From contig JAKPSO010000282.1 in the NCBI GenBank assembly GCA_029571495.1, forward strand, positions 1 to 38,444: a DNA stretch of 38,444 nt. The letters are read 5' to 3'. Source of the stretch: Pseudomonadota bacterium (GTDB lineage: Bacteria > Pseudomonadota > Gammaproteobacteria > Burkholderiales > Casimicrobiaceae). Under the pieces are notes generated by a model. The model was not told the origin of the DNA. It saw only the letters and a list, made by a program, of their open reading frames with translations, and did not search any database. This document shows, piece after piece, positions 8,601-16,843 of the stretch (positions are counted from its first letter, which is position 1; every line of letters begins with the position of its first letter). The translations under genes were made by a program, and so were the position numbers.

Positions 8601-11600
8601 GCGCCATTGGTGAGCACGCTGCTGGCAAAAGTACCGACCGTCACCGGCGCATCTGGATTGCTCACGTTGACGATGGTGACCGCTGTGTTCTGACAGACGT
8701 AGAGGTAGTTACCGTTTTGTGCGAAAGACAGTGGCCCCGCAGACAAGCCGAGCGTGCTGCGCAGCTTCAGGCTTTGTTGCGCAACCAGGCTACGGTCAAG
8801 GTTAAGTGCGACGTTGACGGTACTTGTGCCCGGTGCCAGCAATGACGGTGCGACGGTCAGCCCGGCGGCGAAAGGCTGACCGACAAACATCGTACCGATT
8901 CCGATAGCACCGGGGATCGGGTCAAAGGAGGGTTCATAAGCGGTCACTTCAACGCTGTAGGGGCCGTCGGCGTAGCCTGCAGTCGAGAAGCTTTGCAACG
9001 GAATCGTTTGCACATTGTCGCCGGGCGCGAAGTTCACCGTCGGGAAGTTTGACTGATACGTGATGGCACCGTTGCGATTCTTAACGACGTAGCGCAAGTA
9101 CAGGCTACGCGTGTCGTTTACTGCGCTTAGCAGGCGTGCGGTTGGAGTGAAACTGGTGCCTGCGTTGCCATAAGTGGGACTCATGGTCACATCAACGACG
9201 CGCACGATTTCGGGCCGGATGCTGAGCTGACCGATCGTGCTCTTCGCGCTTGCCGGATCATCCTCTGGGGTCACGATAATCTGGTATTCAAAGGCCTGTG
9301 GCGTCGAACCATTGGCGAAGGTCACGTAGAGTTCAGGCAGATAAAAATTGGTGCGGTAGTTTGCAGGGACGACGACGCGCGTGGTGTTGAACGAGGCAGT
9401 TACGCCTGAAGGCAGACCAGCGATTGACACATTCATTGCGCGTGGATTCGCAGTGTCGTTGAACAAATTTAAGTTGATGCGCGTAGTGACATTCGGCAAG
9501 GCTGTCGCCACCGCGGGCGAGAGGTACACGCGGTAAGCATCGGTATAGGCTGCCTTCAGCGCGCTTTGTAATGCGCAGAACTGCGCGTCTAAAGTCGACA
9601 AGGCGCTACCCATCGTGGCCGGGCTTGCCGACGCAATAGCGCTTCGTGCCGCAGCAAAGCCGGGCGCTAAGGCTGAAAGGAAGGGCGCGTTGAGGCGCGC
9701 CACCAAGCCGTCTATTTCGCGCAGAACCGCATCGCGCGATGCCGTTGATTGCGGCCGCGCTGCAAGTTGGTCAACGTCCGTCGTGAGCACACCTAACAAG
9801 CCAGCGAAGTTGCCGCGGCCGATTTGTGTCGCGGCGACAGCCGCCGGGGCAGCGCATCGCGTGATGGCTGACGTCACGGTTACCGAAAATGCAGCGCGAA
9901 CTGGAAAAGCGCCACCGAAATTACCTTGCACCAGGGCCTCTAAATCGGTACCCGGCGCGATACCGCCGCCGACGCTAGCCGTCAGGGCAATTGATCGGCT
10001 CTCGCCCGCTGCAAGCGATACCGTAGCTGGGACGCCGGTCAGTACCAGTCCAGGTGACGATTGCGTCGCTAAAGCAACCGACGTGGCTTGGTTGCCGAGC
10101 GAGTCCAGCGTCAGCGTGACCGGTACGGAACCGCCGGGGAGGGCGGTCTGCGGCGTCGGTGCGAGGCGCATTCGCAGTGCAGGCGTTGCCGGAGTTGTGA
10201 AGGAACTCGTCGCGGTCGTGGTCACCGTCGGCGTTGTGGTGCTGGTTCCCGTCACTTGCAACGCGGCGACAATGCCAGCTGCAGGTATGGCGGTGTTGGG
10301 ATCAACGCACACGTGAAACTCGTAAGTAGCGCCCGGCGCGATGCGAGCTGGTGGGTTTACGTATTGGGTATCAACGACGTTGAGTCCACTGCCGCCACCG
10401 TAAGCGGTGAACCGGAAAGTGTCAGTGCTTGGGCCGGTGTTCACTGCGCGCACTAGGTAGACCGACGCGAATTCTGCTCCGGCGAACGAGCGACTGAAGC
10501 GCGTGTCCAGGGTGGCCGTGAGCGAAAGTCCTGCTGTCGCGCCGGGCGTTTGCGGCGCAGGCAGGGGCGGCGTGGCCGACGAGAACAGCAAGCGCGGTAA
10601 CGGCGGGTCACCATTTTCACCGGCGAACATTTTGGTCATGTCGTCAAGCCCTTCGATGAGGCCCGTCAGCATCTCCTTGACGATGCCGGCCGGCCCCTCC
10701 ATTTCGATCGCGAGCAGGCCCATCAAATCAAGTTCGGCCTTGACCGACTGAACGACACCTTTCAAGATGGGCGCGAGCGTATTGCGAAGTTGTTGCCCGA
10801 GCCCCGAAAACGGACGCTGAGCAGCAATCGAGTCCAAAATGGCCGAGGTCAGCGCAATGCCAAACACGCCTACTGCACTGACTCGACCGATCAGTTGCCC
10901 CATGACCGCTGCTTGTGACGAAGAGATCTGCGCAGCGACGGCGAAGACGTATTCAACGAATGCACCGTGTGAGCCGTCCTCGAGCGTGCTGATCGTGTAG
11001 CCGGTGTTGGGATCGGTTTCGAGCCACGCGTTGACAGCCACACCACTGACTGTGACAACATCCATCGGCGCAAGGACCACGCGACCGCTCTGCACTGCCG
11101 CACGAATTCGAAGCTTCGATTCAACCGACAGGTTAAGAGAGTCGATGACGCCCAAGTTCGAACTTGTTATAGGTCGGTAACGCGCTGCGTCGGTAAGTGT
11201 GGCGAGCACAGAAGAGATCGAACGATTTGGATCGCCGGTGATGCTGGACAGCACTTCGCCTTCAAGCACTGATTCGCCAAGTCCGCGATTGCGCTCAAAG
11301 TTCCGCGCATTTGCCCAGGCAACGCCCGGCAGCGGAAGGACTCGCAAGTCGTTTTTGCGTAGGTCGAGCGAGAGCCCTAGCGCGTCATTCTTGAACCGCG
11401 ACAACGCAATAGTGATCCGCGGCGACACCACGTAGGCTTTGACCAAGGTACGCAATGATTGCTCGTCAATCTGCTGATCCGCAGCACCCAATAGCGACGC
11501 GAGCGCCAGTTCGTTGTTGGCGATGAGCGCATAGCGAGCGGCGATGACACTGTCGCGCGCAACCGCTTCTTGCGTCGCATCGCGCAGCCCCGGCGGTGGA

Positions 11601-12790
11601 AGCGCTTGGACGAGCGGCTGCAACAGTGCAACTTGCGCTTGCAGGGCTTGCAGTCGCGTTTTGCGCACAGAAAAATCGTCCAACGCCTGTCTCGATGGGC
11701 TAATGGCAAGCGTCATGACGTCGAGTTCAGTCAGCACCGGGTGCGTGAGGCTGTTTGGATCCACGCTAACGGGGCCACCTTGCGTGCGCGTCACGTAGCC
11801 GATACGGTCGTACATGGAGCGGCGATGCGACTGCGTTTGAGCGTCAGCGTCAGTGATGTCGACGCTCACGAACACGCCCGTCACAAGTATGTTGCCAAGC
11901 GGAAAATTGGTAACGATTTCGCTGTAGTCGGTGCCGCGGATGATGTTGTAGTTGTCGATGCTCGTGCGACTATCCCCGACGGTGAGGTAGGGAGAGTAGG
12001 TGTTTTGCGTCGCGGCAATGGTCAGCGACGGTGGCGAGAATGCGTTGACGAAGTGACTTACACTCACCGCGCGGTCGACGAGCGCCGCGCTATCAAAACT
12101 TTGATCAAGCACCGTAGTGGTGCCGATGCCTAGGCCGAACGCTGCGGCGGCTTGAGTGAAACTCTCGACCTCGACACGGACGCGTGTCGTGTGGCGCATG
12201 TTTGCTGGGATGCTGGCAAATGTCTGCGTCGCGCTGGTAAACGTTTGATTCACCGCTGCAGCGGCAAACGCCGTATCGAGTGCGGTGTATGCGCCGGTGT
12301 TGCCAACGCGGAATTCGACCCACGTGTGAGCTGTAACCTCGGCTACCAGAGTGAATGAATTGAACTGCGGCGCGGGATTGTCGCAACCCAATACGCGCGA
12401 AGGGGAAGAAAACATGCGCGACACCAAACCGAATGCATCGGTGTCACTGAGTGTTCCCTGTACGTAGCGAGCCTCGATACTCGGATTGGCAGCGCGCAGC
12501 AAGGCGACGACGAGGCTTGCTCGGTCAAGAGCGTTACCGGCTTTACTCGCTAAGGTGCCGCGCGCGCCGCGAAGGCTGCCTTTGTAAATTTCGATGCCAA
12601 TGTTGTCGCGGACGTACTGGAAAATCGCGGTCGGGCTGTTGCCCAAGCTCACAGCCAACGCTTGTACGCGCGGATCATTGGGGTCATCGGCCGCGCTCGC
12701 GTATGCACTCCAGGACGCCAACGCAAGCGACGCGGCGACGAACGGTGTGACGGCTCGCAGGACCGACAAAAAAAACGTTCTCATCTGCAT
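5618..12790 (-). CDS. Giant (~2390 aa) secreted multidomain protein: transglutaminase-like domain, hydrophobic helical segment, Ig-like (NEW3/CARDB-like) repeats, LVIVD-like propeller, C-terminal dockerin-like LDIDG repeats
   Basis: Uninterrupted ORF; GGAG 9 nt before ATG 12790; signal peptide ending AYA/ASA; IFQYVRDNI..YKGSLRGARGTL..GNALDRASLVVALLRA..HTWVE..LD; repeated VTNTG/VQNLG..D.F.L motifs; GNYLYV..IVNVSNPDAP; two LDIDG(D/N)G...DG(L/I)L repeats. Confidence 0.85.
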   Translation of the reverse strand: MQMRTFFLSVLRAVTPFVAASLALASWSAYASAADDPNDPRVQALAVSLGNSPTAIFQYVRDNIGIEIYKGSLRGARGTLASKAGNALDRASLVVALLRAANPSIEARYVQGTLSDTDAFGLVSRMFSSPSRVLGCDNPAPQFNSFTLVAEVTAHTWVEFRVGNTGAYTALDTAFAAAAVNQTFTSATQTFASIPANMRHTTRVRVEVESFTQAAAAFGLGIGTTTVLDQSFDSAALVDRAVSVSHFVNAFSPPSLTIAATQNTYSPYLTVGDSRTSIDNYNIIRGTDYSEIVTNFPLGNILVTGVFVSVDITDADAQTQSHRRSMYDRIGYVTRTQGGPVSVDPNSLTHPVLTELDVMTLAISPSRQALDDFSVRKTRLQALQAQVALLQPLVQALPPPGLRDATQEAVARDSVIAARYALIANNELALASLLGAADQQIDEQSLRTLVKAYVVSPRITIALSRFKNDALGLSLDLRKNDLRVLPLPGVAWANARNFERNRGLGESVLEGEVLSSITGDPNRSISSVLATLTDAARYRPITSSNLGVIDSLNLSVESKLRIRAAVQSGRVVLAPMDVVTVSGVAVNAWLETDPNTGYTISTLEDGSHGAFVEYVFAVAAQISSSQAAVMGQLIGRVSAVGVFGIALTSAILDSIAAQRPFSGLGQQLRNTLAPILKGVVQSVKAELDLMGLLAIEMEGPAGIVKEMLTGLIEGLDDMTKMFAGENGDPPLPRLLFSSATPPLPAPQTPGATAGLSLTATLDTRFSRSFAGAEFASVYLVRAVNTGPSTDTFRFTAYGGGSGLNVVDTQYVNPPARIAPGATYEFHVCVDPNTAIPAAGIVAALQVTGTSTTTPTVTTTATSSFTTPATPALRMRLAPTPQTALPGGSVPVTLTLDSLGNQATSVALATQSSPGLVLTGVPATVSLAAGESRSIALTASVGGGIAPGTDLEALVQGNFGGAFPVRAAFSVTVTSAITRCAAPAAVAATQIGRGNFAGLLGVLTTDVDQLAARPQSTASRDAVLREIDGLVARLNAPFLSALAPGFAAARSAIASASPATMGSALSTLDAQFCALQSALKAAYTDAYRVYLSPAVATALPNVTTRINLNLFNDTANPRAMNVSIAGLPSGVTASFNTTRVVVPANYRTNFYLPELYVTFANGSTPQAFEYQIIVTPEDDPASAKSTIGQLSIRPEIVRVVDVTMSPTYGNAGTSFTPTARLLSAVNDTRSLYLRYVVKNRNGAITYQSNFPTVNFAPGDNVQTIPLQSFSTAGYADGPYSVEVTAYEPSFDPIPGAIGIGTMFVGQPFAAGLTVAPSLLAPGTSTVNVALNLDRSLVAQQSLKLRSTLGLSAGPLSFAQNGNYLYVCQNTAVTIVNVSNPDAPVTVGTFASSVLTNGAPSGFETVDCTVYNGQLIVGFDKKLPERSGSRTLAIFDIAGANATSPLLVTPTPIDTGKKFGSGLRFIGTDGYMSTGLFVYNPFSNFIFEQHGNLLKFDFSTPASPTLTGGLYPSGAGNPPENQSDTGGPHFVTAVAPHTSTRAIVASTSGTGDFFNGVGRLLTVDTSQLSTSCSGLSNPCIISTLDIAQARLLIGVASQGAAAVAAGDTQGFYDVNSGYTGNLTLSAINLTNPSAPTLSSTLVTPLVHNETYTCNQAERKGFSSMQALTNNYYAIGAYNPTSCTWVLVLIDANDPANMRFIPYDVPDSIRGFVLNGNLLYAVTASSVLVFDYTGIVGPSVTANVVVPKGTGVALVPGSFNLPPSSIASTATTDTYTWQQPTVAPITWQATVSNMQPGSGRPVANGGSVAFTLPSLGSGTLPLAPAIVTANHVIAVSTSVPFPIAVGAPATYVVTLTNPSTTSSVTYTLHTEGIPASWVQTLAPSVTVPANSTATTPLVVQSNIGQSGGNIDFRVVATAGTASDAAVATLSNYYSPNVGEDPAAGVAGSIYTITPSSPTGAKGSTTNITVRVTNTGTLIDEYSLGINALPNNAWGATFDPGSAWVGPGESIDFKISVFVPSPPNVTIGDNLAAFALYSRLQAPRVLSVPVTVLDAGVALGISPNSGTASTPFAATVTNLSGATDTFDLTLTGPLGPTVSSGASAVTLAAGASTVVNLTVGNAAAFARPGASGFSVVAVSRAAPSAFARASATVTIPAMSAVSVSGQPANSVLTSTPATRVVNVVVQNLGNVEDQFNLTITGSSGPISAHFLDASGADVSSISSMTIPAFSSAVVRLSATISSNAAATVTVRATSLTTATTLSSATLQFGFVAPPACNLDIDGDGIISPMTDGLLIIRHMLGLTGSALTHGAYNPSVGINLIASRLGALSGGSCLDIDGNGQIHAESDGILLLRAMFGLTGSAVTDQALGDPPRTRGDWASIRTYLTTTCGMVLP

Positions 12791-12838
12791 TTTCTGTTGC
12801 TCCGCGACGCAGCGGCCACGGTCGTTCGGCCTGAAGCC

Positions 12839-12895
12839 CATTCTGTAGAATGAATTTGCCTTGTACAAGGCACATGGGGTGACACGTAGGTGACA
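12839..12895. promoter_or_regulatory. Cluster of putative operator sites in divergent promoter region
   Basis: CATTCT-GT-AGAATG (12839-12852); perfect 16-bp palindrome TGCCTTGTACAAGGCA (12857-12872); GGTGACA direct repeat at 12878 and 12889 (11-bp period). Confidence 0.55.
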
Positions 12896-12999
12896 TGAAC
12901 GCGCAGCCGGAGCCTTCCGTCTGGGTTTTGTGGCATTGCTGCGAGAAGCGTGTGAATCGGCTTGTCCGAAAGTCTGTGAACGAAGGTGCATCATTCGGC

Positions 13000-14370
13000 A
13001 TGGCACATTTAATCCCCGCCGATCTCGTACGAGCCGAGCTAGACGCCGTTGAATCGGGCACGGAGTTTCGCGGCTCGCTGCGGCACCGGCAATTTCTTCG
13101 CTATTTGGTAGAACAGTGGCTTGATGGTCACGCGGCGAGCTTGAAGGAAATTTCGCTAGGTGTGTCTGTGTTTGGCCGGGCGCCTTCGAGTTTTGACCCT
13201 ACTCACGACACCATCGTACGGGTCGAAGCGCGCCGACTGCGCAGTCGCTTGGCACGGCACTACAGCGGCGATGGTCGGAATTCGCAGGTCGTTATTTCGT
13301 TGCAACCTGGGAGTTACGTGCCAATCTTCACGCGGCGCGAGCCGATGACGCCGTCGGCCAGTGCCACGGCGCGCGACCTTACTCAATCAGCGTTCACGGA
13401 CGCCGTATTGCGTGACACGTACGAACGGGCGCGCATCGCATTTCAGCAACGCACCCAGGAGGGCTACGTTCTAGCGGAAACGCTTTTCCTGCGCCTTCTT
13501 GCTGGCGCACCCGAATCGCCGCAGGCGCACTGTGGCCTCGCACGCACCTTACTCGCGCACGCGGGATTGAGTACGGTTGCCGTACGTACGGCGTTACCGT
13601 TGGCGCGCGCCCACGCCGAACAGGCACTGAAAGCGGACGCGGAGTGCGGCGAGGCGCACGGCGTTCTTGGCCAGATTGCCTTTTTGCTCGATCACGATTT
13701 CGCACGCGCCGAAGCGAGTTTTCGGCGCGCTGTGCAGTTGACACCACAACTGGCGTACGCGCACCACACCTACGCATTCAGTCTTCTCTGTTGCGGTCGG
13801 TTCGAGGAAGCCGAGCGCGAGTTCGCTTTGGCGCGGCAATATGATCCGATGGATCTGCATATTCGCGTACAGAGTGCATTGGTGCATTACTACGAGCGTG
13901 ACTTTTCGGAAGCAATCGCGCGATGGGAAGAAGTACTTGAAATACGGCCGGACAACCTAATCGCCGCAACGCTTATAGGTGCGGCCTACTTGTGCAGTGG
14001 TGAACCCGAACGCGCGCTTGAGCGCTATGAAGCTGCTCGCGCGCGTGTGCCAGGGCATCCCATCGGTTGGGCCGGCATGGCTCAGGCTTATGCGTTGATG
14101 GGGGACACGCAGCACGCAAACGAAGTTTTTTCCGCTTTGATGGAGATGCGCCAATCGCGTTACGTTTCACCGTACCTTCTCGCGATGATTTACGCACGAA
14201 TGAGTGACGCTGATGCCGCGATTACCTGGCTGCGCACGTCGGCCGCAGAGTCGGATTTCAACTTTGTGTGCGCGGGCGTTGATCCCACCTTCGATTCATT
14301 ACGCACAGATACCCGTTGGGCCGCCCTAATGCGCGAACACGGATTCAAGTTAACGTCCGCGAAGGCGTGA
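13000..14370 (+). CDS. TPR-containing putative transcriptional regulator with N-terminal winged-helix-like domain
   Basis: N-terminal FLRYLVE..LKEISLGVSVFGR..FDPTHDTIVRVEARRLRSRLARHY as in TolB-like/TPR proteins; multiple TPRs; C-terminal VDPTFDSLRTDTRW motif. Start placed at ATG 13000. Confidence 0.8.
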   Translation: MAHLIPADLVRAELDAVESGTEFRGSLRHRQFLRYLVEQWLDGHAASLKEISLGVSVFGRAPSSFDPTHDTIVRVEARRLRSRLARHYSGDGRNSQVVISLQPGSYVPIFTRREPMTPSASATARDLTQSAFTDAVLRDTYERARIAFQQRTQEGYVLAETLFLRLLAGAPESPQAHCGLARTLLAHAGLSTVAVRTALPLARAHAEQALKADAECGEAHGVLGQIAFLLDHDFARAEASFRRAVQLTPQLAYAHHTYAFSLLCCGRFEEAEREFALARQYDPMDLHIRVQSALVHYYERDFSEAIARWEEVLEIRPDNLIAATLIGAAYLCSGEPERALERYEAARARVPGHPIGWAGMAQAYALMGDTQHANEVFSALMEMRQSRYVSPYLLAMIYARMSDADAAITWLRTSAAESDFNFVCAGVDPTFDSLRTDTRWAALMREHGFKLTSAKA

Positions 14371-14395
14371 GGCCGCCGGGCTGACGCTAAACGTG

Positions 14396-14424
14396 CGGCC
14401 TATGCCTTTTGTCATAGGCCGTTT
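14396..14424 (+). terminator. Possible terminator or operator hairpin
   Basis: CGGCCTATG-N8-CATAGGCCG followed by only TTT, 25 bp after the regulator stop. Confidence 0.35.
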
Positions 14425-14551
14425 GCGCAATAGCGCTGCCGTGGGATGCCACCTAGACTTTCATAAGTCGTCGCGCGACCGCGTGGCGGGGCGTGGCCAC
14501 GAAAGCCACCCCAGTAGTCAACCGCGTGCCCATCCCATTCAAGGCCATCTT

Positions 14552-14830
14552 ATGAAACTCAAACTGGTATTACCTTTCGTCTTCGCCTTTGGCCTTAGCG
14601 CCCATCTGTGCGCTGCATCAAGCGTGCAAGTCAAAGTCGAAAACAAATGCGGCAGCCCAACAGCGTACACACTTCAAAAGAAAGGCAGTAGCCTCAATAC
14701 GAGTCTTTCGCCGCGCGCCAGCACGACACACTCGCTCGACGTTGGCGACAAAATCGCGGTGGGAAAAAACGTCATTCACACTGTGTCGACTTCGTCCTCG
14801 GGGCAACCCGTGATTGTTTGCAACAAGTAG
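14552..14830 (+). CDS. Small secreted beta-rich protein (92 aa), unknown function
   Basis: MKLKLVLPFVFAFGLSAHLCA signal peptide; mature part has Cys near each end (ENKC, IVCNK). Confidence 0.75.
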   Translation: MKLKLVLPFVFAFGLSAHLCAASSVQVKVENKCGSPTAYTLQKKGSSLNTSLSPRASTTHSLDVGDKIAVGKNVIHTVSTSSSGQPVIVCNK

Positions 14831-14839
14831 TTTCGCAAC

Positions 14840-15166
14840 ATGTTTCACGTGAACGCTATGGCATTAGCGATGTTTGTACTCGCTGCTGTGGCGGGCGTTT
14901 CGGCCAGCCATTTGTTCTTTGCCGGTAATGCGAACGTGGGTGGTGGAATATCCGGTGTCGTCATGCTGGCAGCCGATGCCTATTGGCGGCACCGACACAA
15001 AATGGGCACGTCTGACGCACACACCGGCGCGCTCGCGCGCAGCGGAAAATGGTGGTCTGCGCAGCACGGCGGCTTCATTGCCATCATGCCGAGCTGGGCG
15101 ATGGGCGTTGCGCTGATACTCATGGCGCTCACGAGGCCATATTGGCATCTCGCTCGTGGACTTTAG
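14840..15166 (+). CDS. Small membrane protein, unknown function
   Basis: Three hydrophobic segments; 9 bp after the previous stop and overlaps the next gene's start. Confidence 0.55.
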   Translation: MFHVNAMALAMFVLAAVAGVSASHLFFAGNANVGGGISGVVMLAADAYWRHRHKMGTSDAHTGALARSGKWWSAQHGGFIAIMPSWAMGVALILMALTRPYWHLARGL

Positions 15167-16058
15167 CGCCTACCTCAATATGAGCGCGGTGTGGCTCAAT
15201 GAGCATGCGTTGGCCGTGGTGGCTACCATGGCTGTGATCGCGTTAATCACCGAGGCGATGAATGGCTCTGGCCTGCGCAGCGCGTCGAGAGCCACGACGG
15301 CCCGGTGGTTGCAAACATGGCTTACCAATGCTGGGTTGCTTGTGTGCGCGCTCAGCGTCGCGTCACTGCTCGCGCCTTGGCTTGCTTCCTCTTTCGGCGT
15401 CGTGTTGAGCGGTGAATCGGGCTTGCTCGCGTGGCTGAAGGAGGCCGGAATTCCTTACACCAGCCAGGTCCTGCTCGGTATGCTGCTCTTGGATCTGTTG
15501 AACTATGGTCTGCACCGCGTATTTCACCGGATACCGCTCTTGTGGCGTTTGCATCAGGTTCACCATAGCGATACCGCAGTAAACGCCAGCACCCACTTTC
15601 GCCAGCATCCCGTCCAGGTCGTGGTGCTGCCGTTGATGCAGCTTCCGATGCTGTGGTTGCTCGGAATATCTGGCGTGAGCTGGGTGCTCTATGCCACTTT
15701 GAGCACTGTCGCGCAGCTCTGGCAACACGCAGAACCGGGCAAATTGGCGCACGCGAATCGCTGGCTTGGTTTCGTACTCATTACCCGGAGTGCTCACCGG
15801 ACACACCACGACCAGCGCCACGTGTTTCACGACCGCAACTACGGCACGCTCTTCTCGGTCTGGGACCGGCTTCTTGGCACTTACAGTGCTGCGCCAGCTG
15901 AGTTTCAACTTGGACTGCGCAAGCTACCCAGCGCGAAAGGAACCACGCAGTCAGTTTCGTTCATGGACTGCCTGCGGATGCCGTTTCAATCCACGACGTC
16001 GCGTTCCGCAGACGGCGCGCGTACCCAATTTCACACTCCCTTTCAAGGAAAAAAATGA
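15156..16058 (+). CDS. Sterol desaturase / fatty acid hydroxylase superfamily protein
   Basis: His boxes YGLHRVFH, LWRLHQVHHS, WQH, HRTHH plus NYGTLFSVWDRLLGT; multiple TM segments. Confidence 0.9.
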   Translation: MDFSAYLNMSAVWLNEHALAVVATMAVIALITEAMNGSGLRSASRATTARWLQTWLTNAGLLVCALSVASLLAPWLASSFGVVLSGESGLLAWLKEAGIPYTSQVLLGMLLLDLLNYGLHRVFHRIPLLWRLHQVHHSDTAVNASTHFRQHPVQVVVLPLMQLPMLWLLGISGVSWVLYATLSTVAQLWQHAEPGKLAHANRWLGFVLITRSAHRTHHDQRHVFHDRNYGTLFSVWDRLLGTYSAAPAEFQLGLRKLPSAKGTTQSVSFMDCLRMPFQSTTSRSADGARTQFHTPFQGKK

Positions 16059-16843
16059 ACCGATTTCTACGTCTACTTGCAGGTGCCACGGGGCTTGTGG
16101 TGCTGATGCTGACTCAACTGGGCTCGACCGCGCACGCCGGTATTTCTTCGGCTGTCATTCGCATCAACCTGTCCGTCGTCACGACCCCCGCCCCCACAGT
16201 CGCACCGACTGTAACTGGAAACTTTACCTATGGCGTCAACTGCACCGTAGCTAGCGGCCCGGCGTTCATCTGGTCACCAGCGTCTCTCACATTGCCTGTG
16301 AACGGCGCCACGTCGCTGACGGCCGTTGGAACAATGACATCAGGGAATTCAACCACGTCGCCTGGCGTGTGCACGGTGTCGCAGCTCACACGGCCATCAC
16401 CACCGCTTGGCTACGTGTGGAATGGCACACCACCAGACGTCGTGCTGCCCAATGTATTCCGCAGTGACGTTCTACCCCCCTACGAGACGCAGTTCAACAA
16501 TGTGTTGAGCCCCGCAACGTTCACGGTGACTGCGGAGGCAAACACGGGCGGCACCGTGAACTGCACCTCTCCCGTCACCTACGGCAATACCTCGACCTGC
16601 ACAGCGATCGCCAGCCCTGGCTATACGTTCGTCGGCTTCACCACCAGCGGCTGCGCCGCACCGACGTCAAATGCATCCTTCACGACGATCGCGATTACTT
16701 CCAACTGCAACGTCACGGCGCGGTTCGCGGCGATCGTTCCGCCGGCACAAAATATCCCAACCCTTGGTGGGTGGAGTTTGTTTCTGCTTGGCGTCCTGAC
16801 AATCGCCGCAGGACTTGTAGCCAGATCACGCCGAAAAATCTAA
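16055..16843 (+). CDS. IPTL-CTERM sorting-domain surface protein
   Basis: Signal peptide; Thr/Cys-rich Ig-like domains incl. InlB-B-like GGTVNC..PGYTFVGF..CNVTARF; C-terminus IPTLGGWSLFLLGVLTIAAGLVARSRRKI; ATGA overlap with desaturase stop. Confidence 0.9.
   Translation: MNRFLRLLAGATGLVVLMLTQLGSTAHAGISSAVIRINLSVVTTPAPTVAPTVTGNFTYGVNCTVASGPAFIWSPASLTLPVNGATSLTAVGTMTSGNSTTSPGVCTVSQLTRPSPPLGYVWNGTPPDVVLPNVFRSDVLPPYETQFNNVLSPATFTVTAEANTGGTVNCTSPVTYGNTSTCTAIASPGYTFVGFTTSGCAAPTSNASFTTIAITSNCNVTARFAAIVPPAQNIPTLGGWSLFLLGVLTIAAGLVARSRRKI

Noticed and set aside
12791-13006. N-terminal extensions of the giant ORF (to 13006) and of the regulator (from 12895)
   Set aside because: They overlap each other; the signal peptide and RBS point to 12790 and domain homology to 13000.
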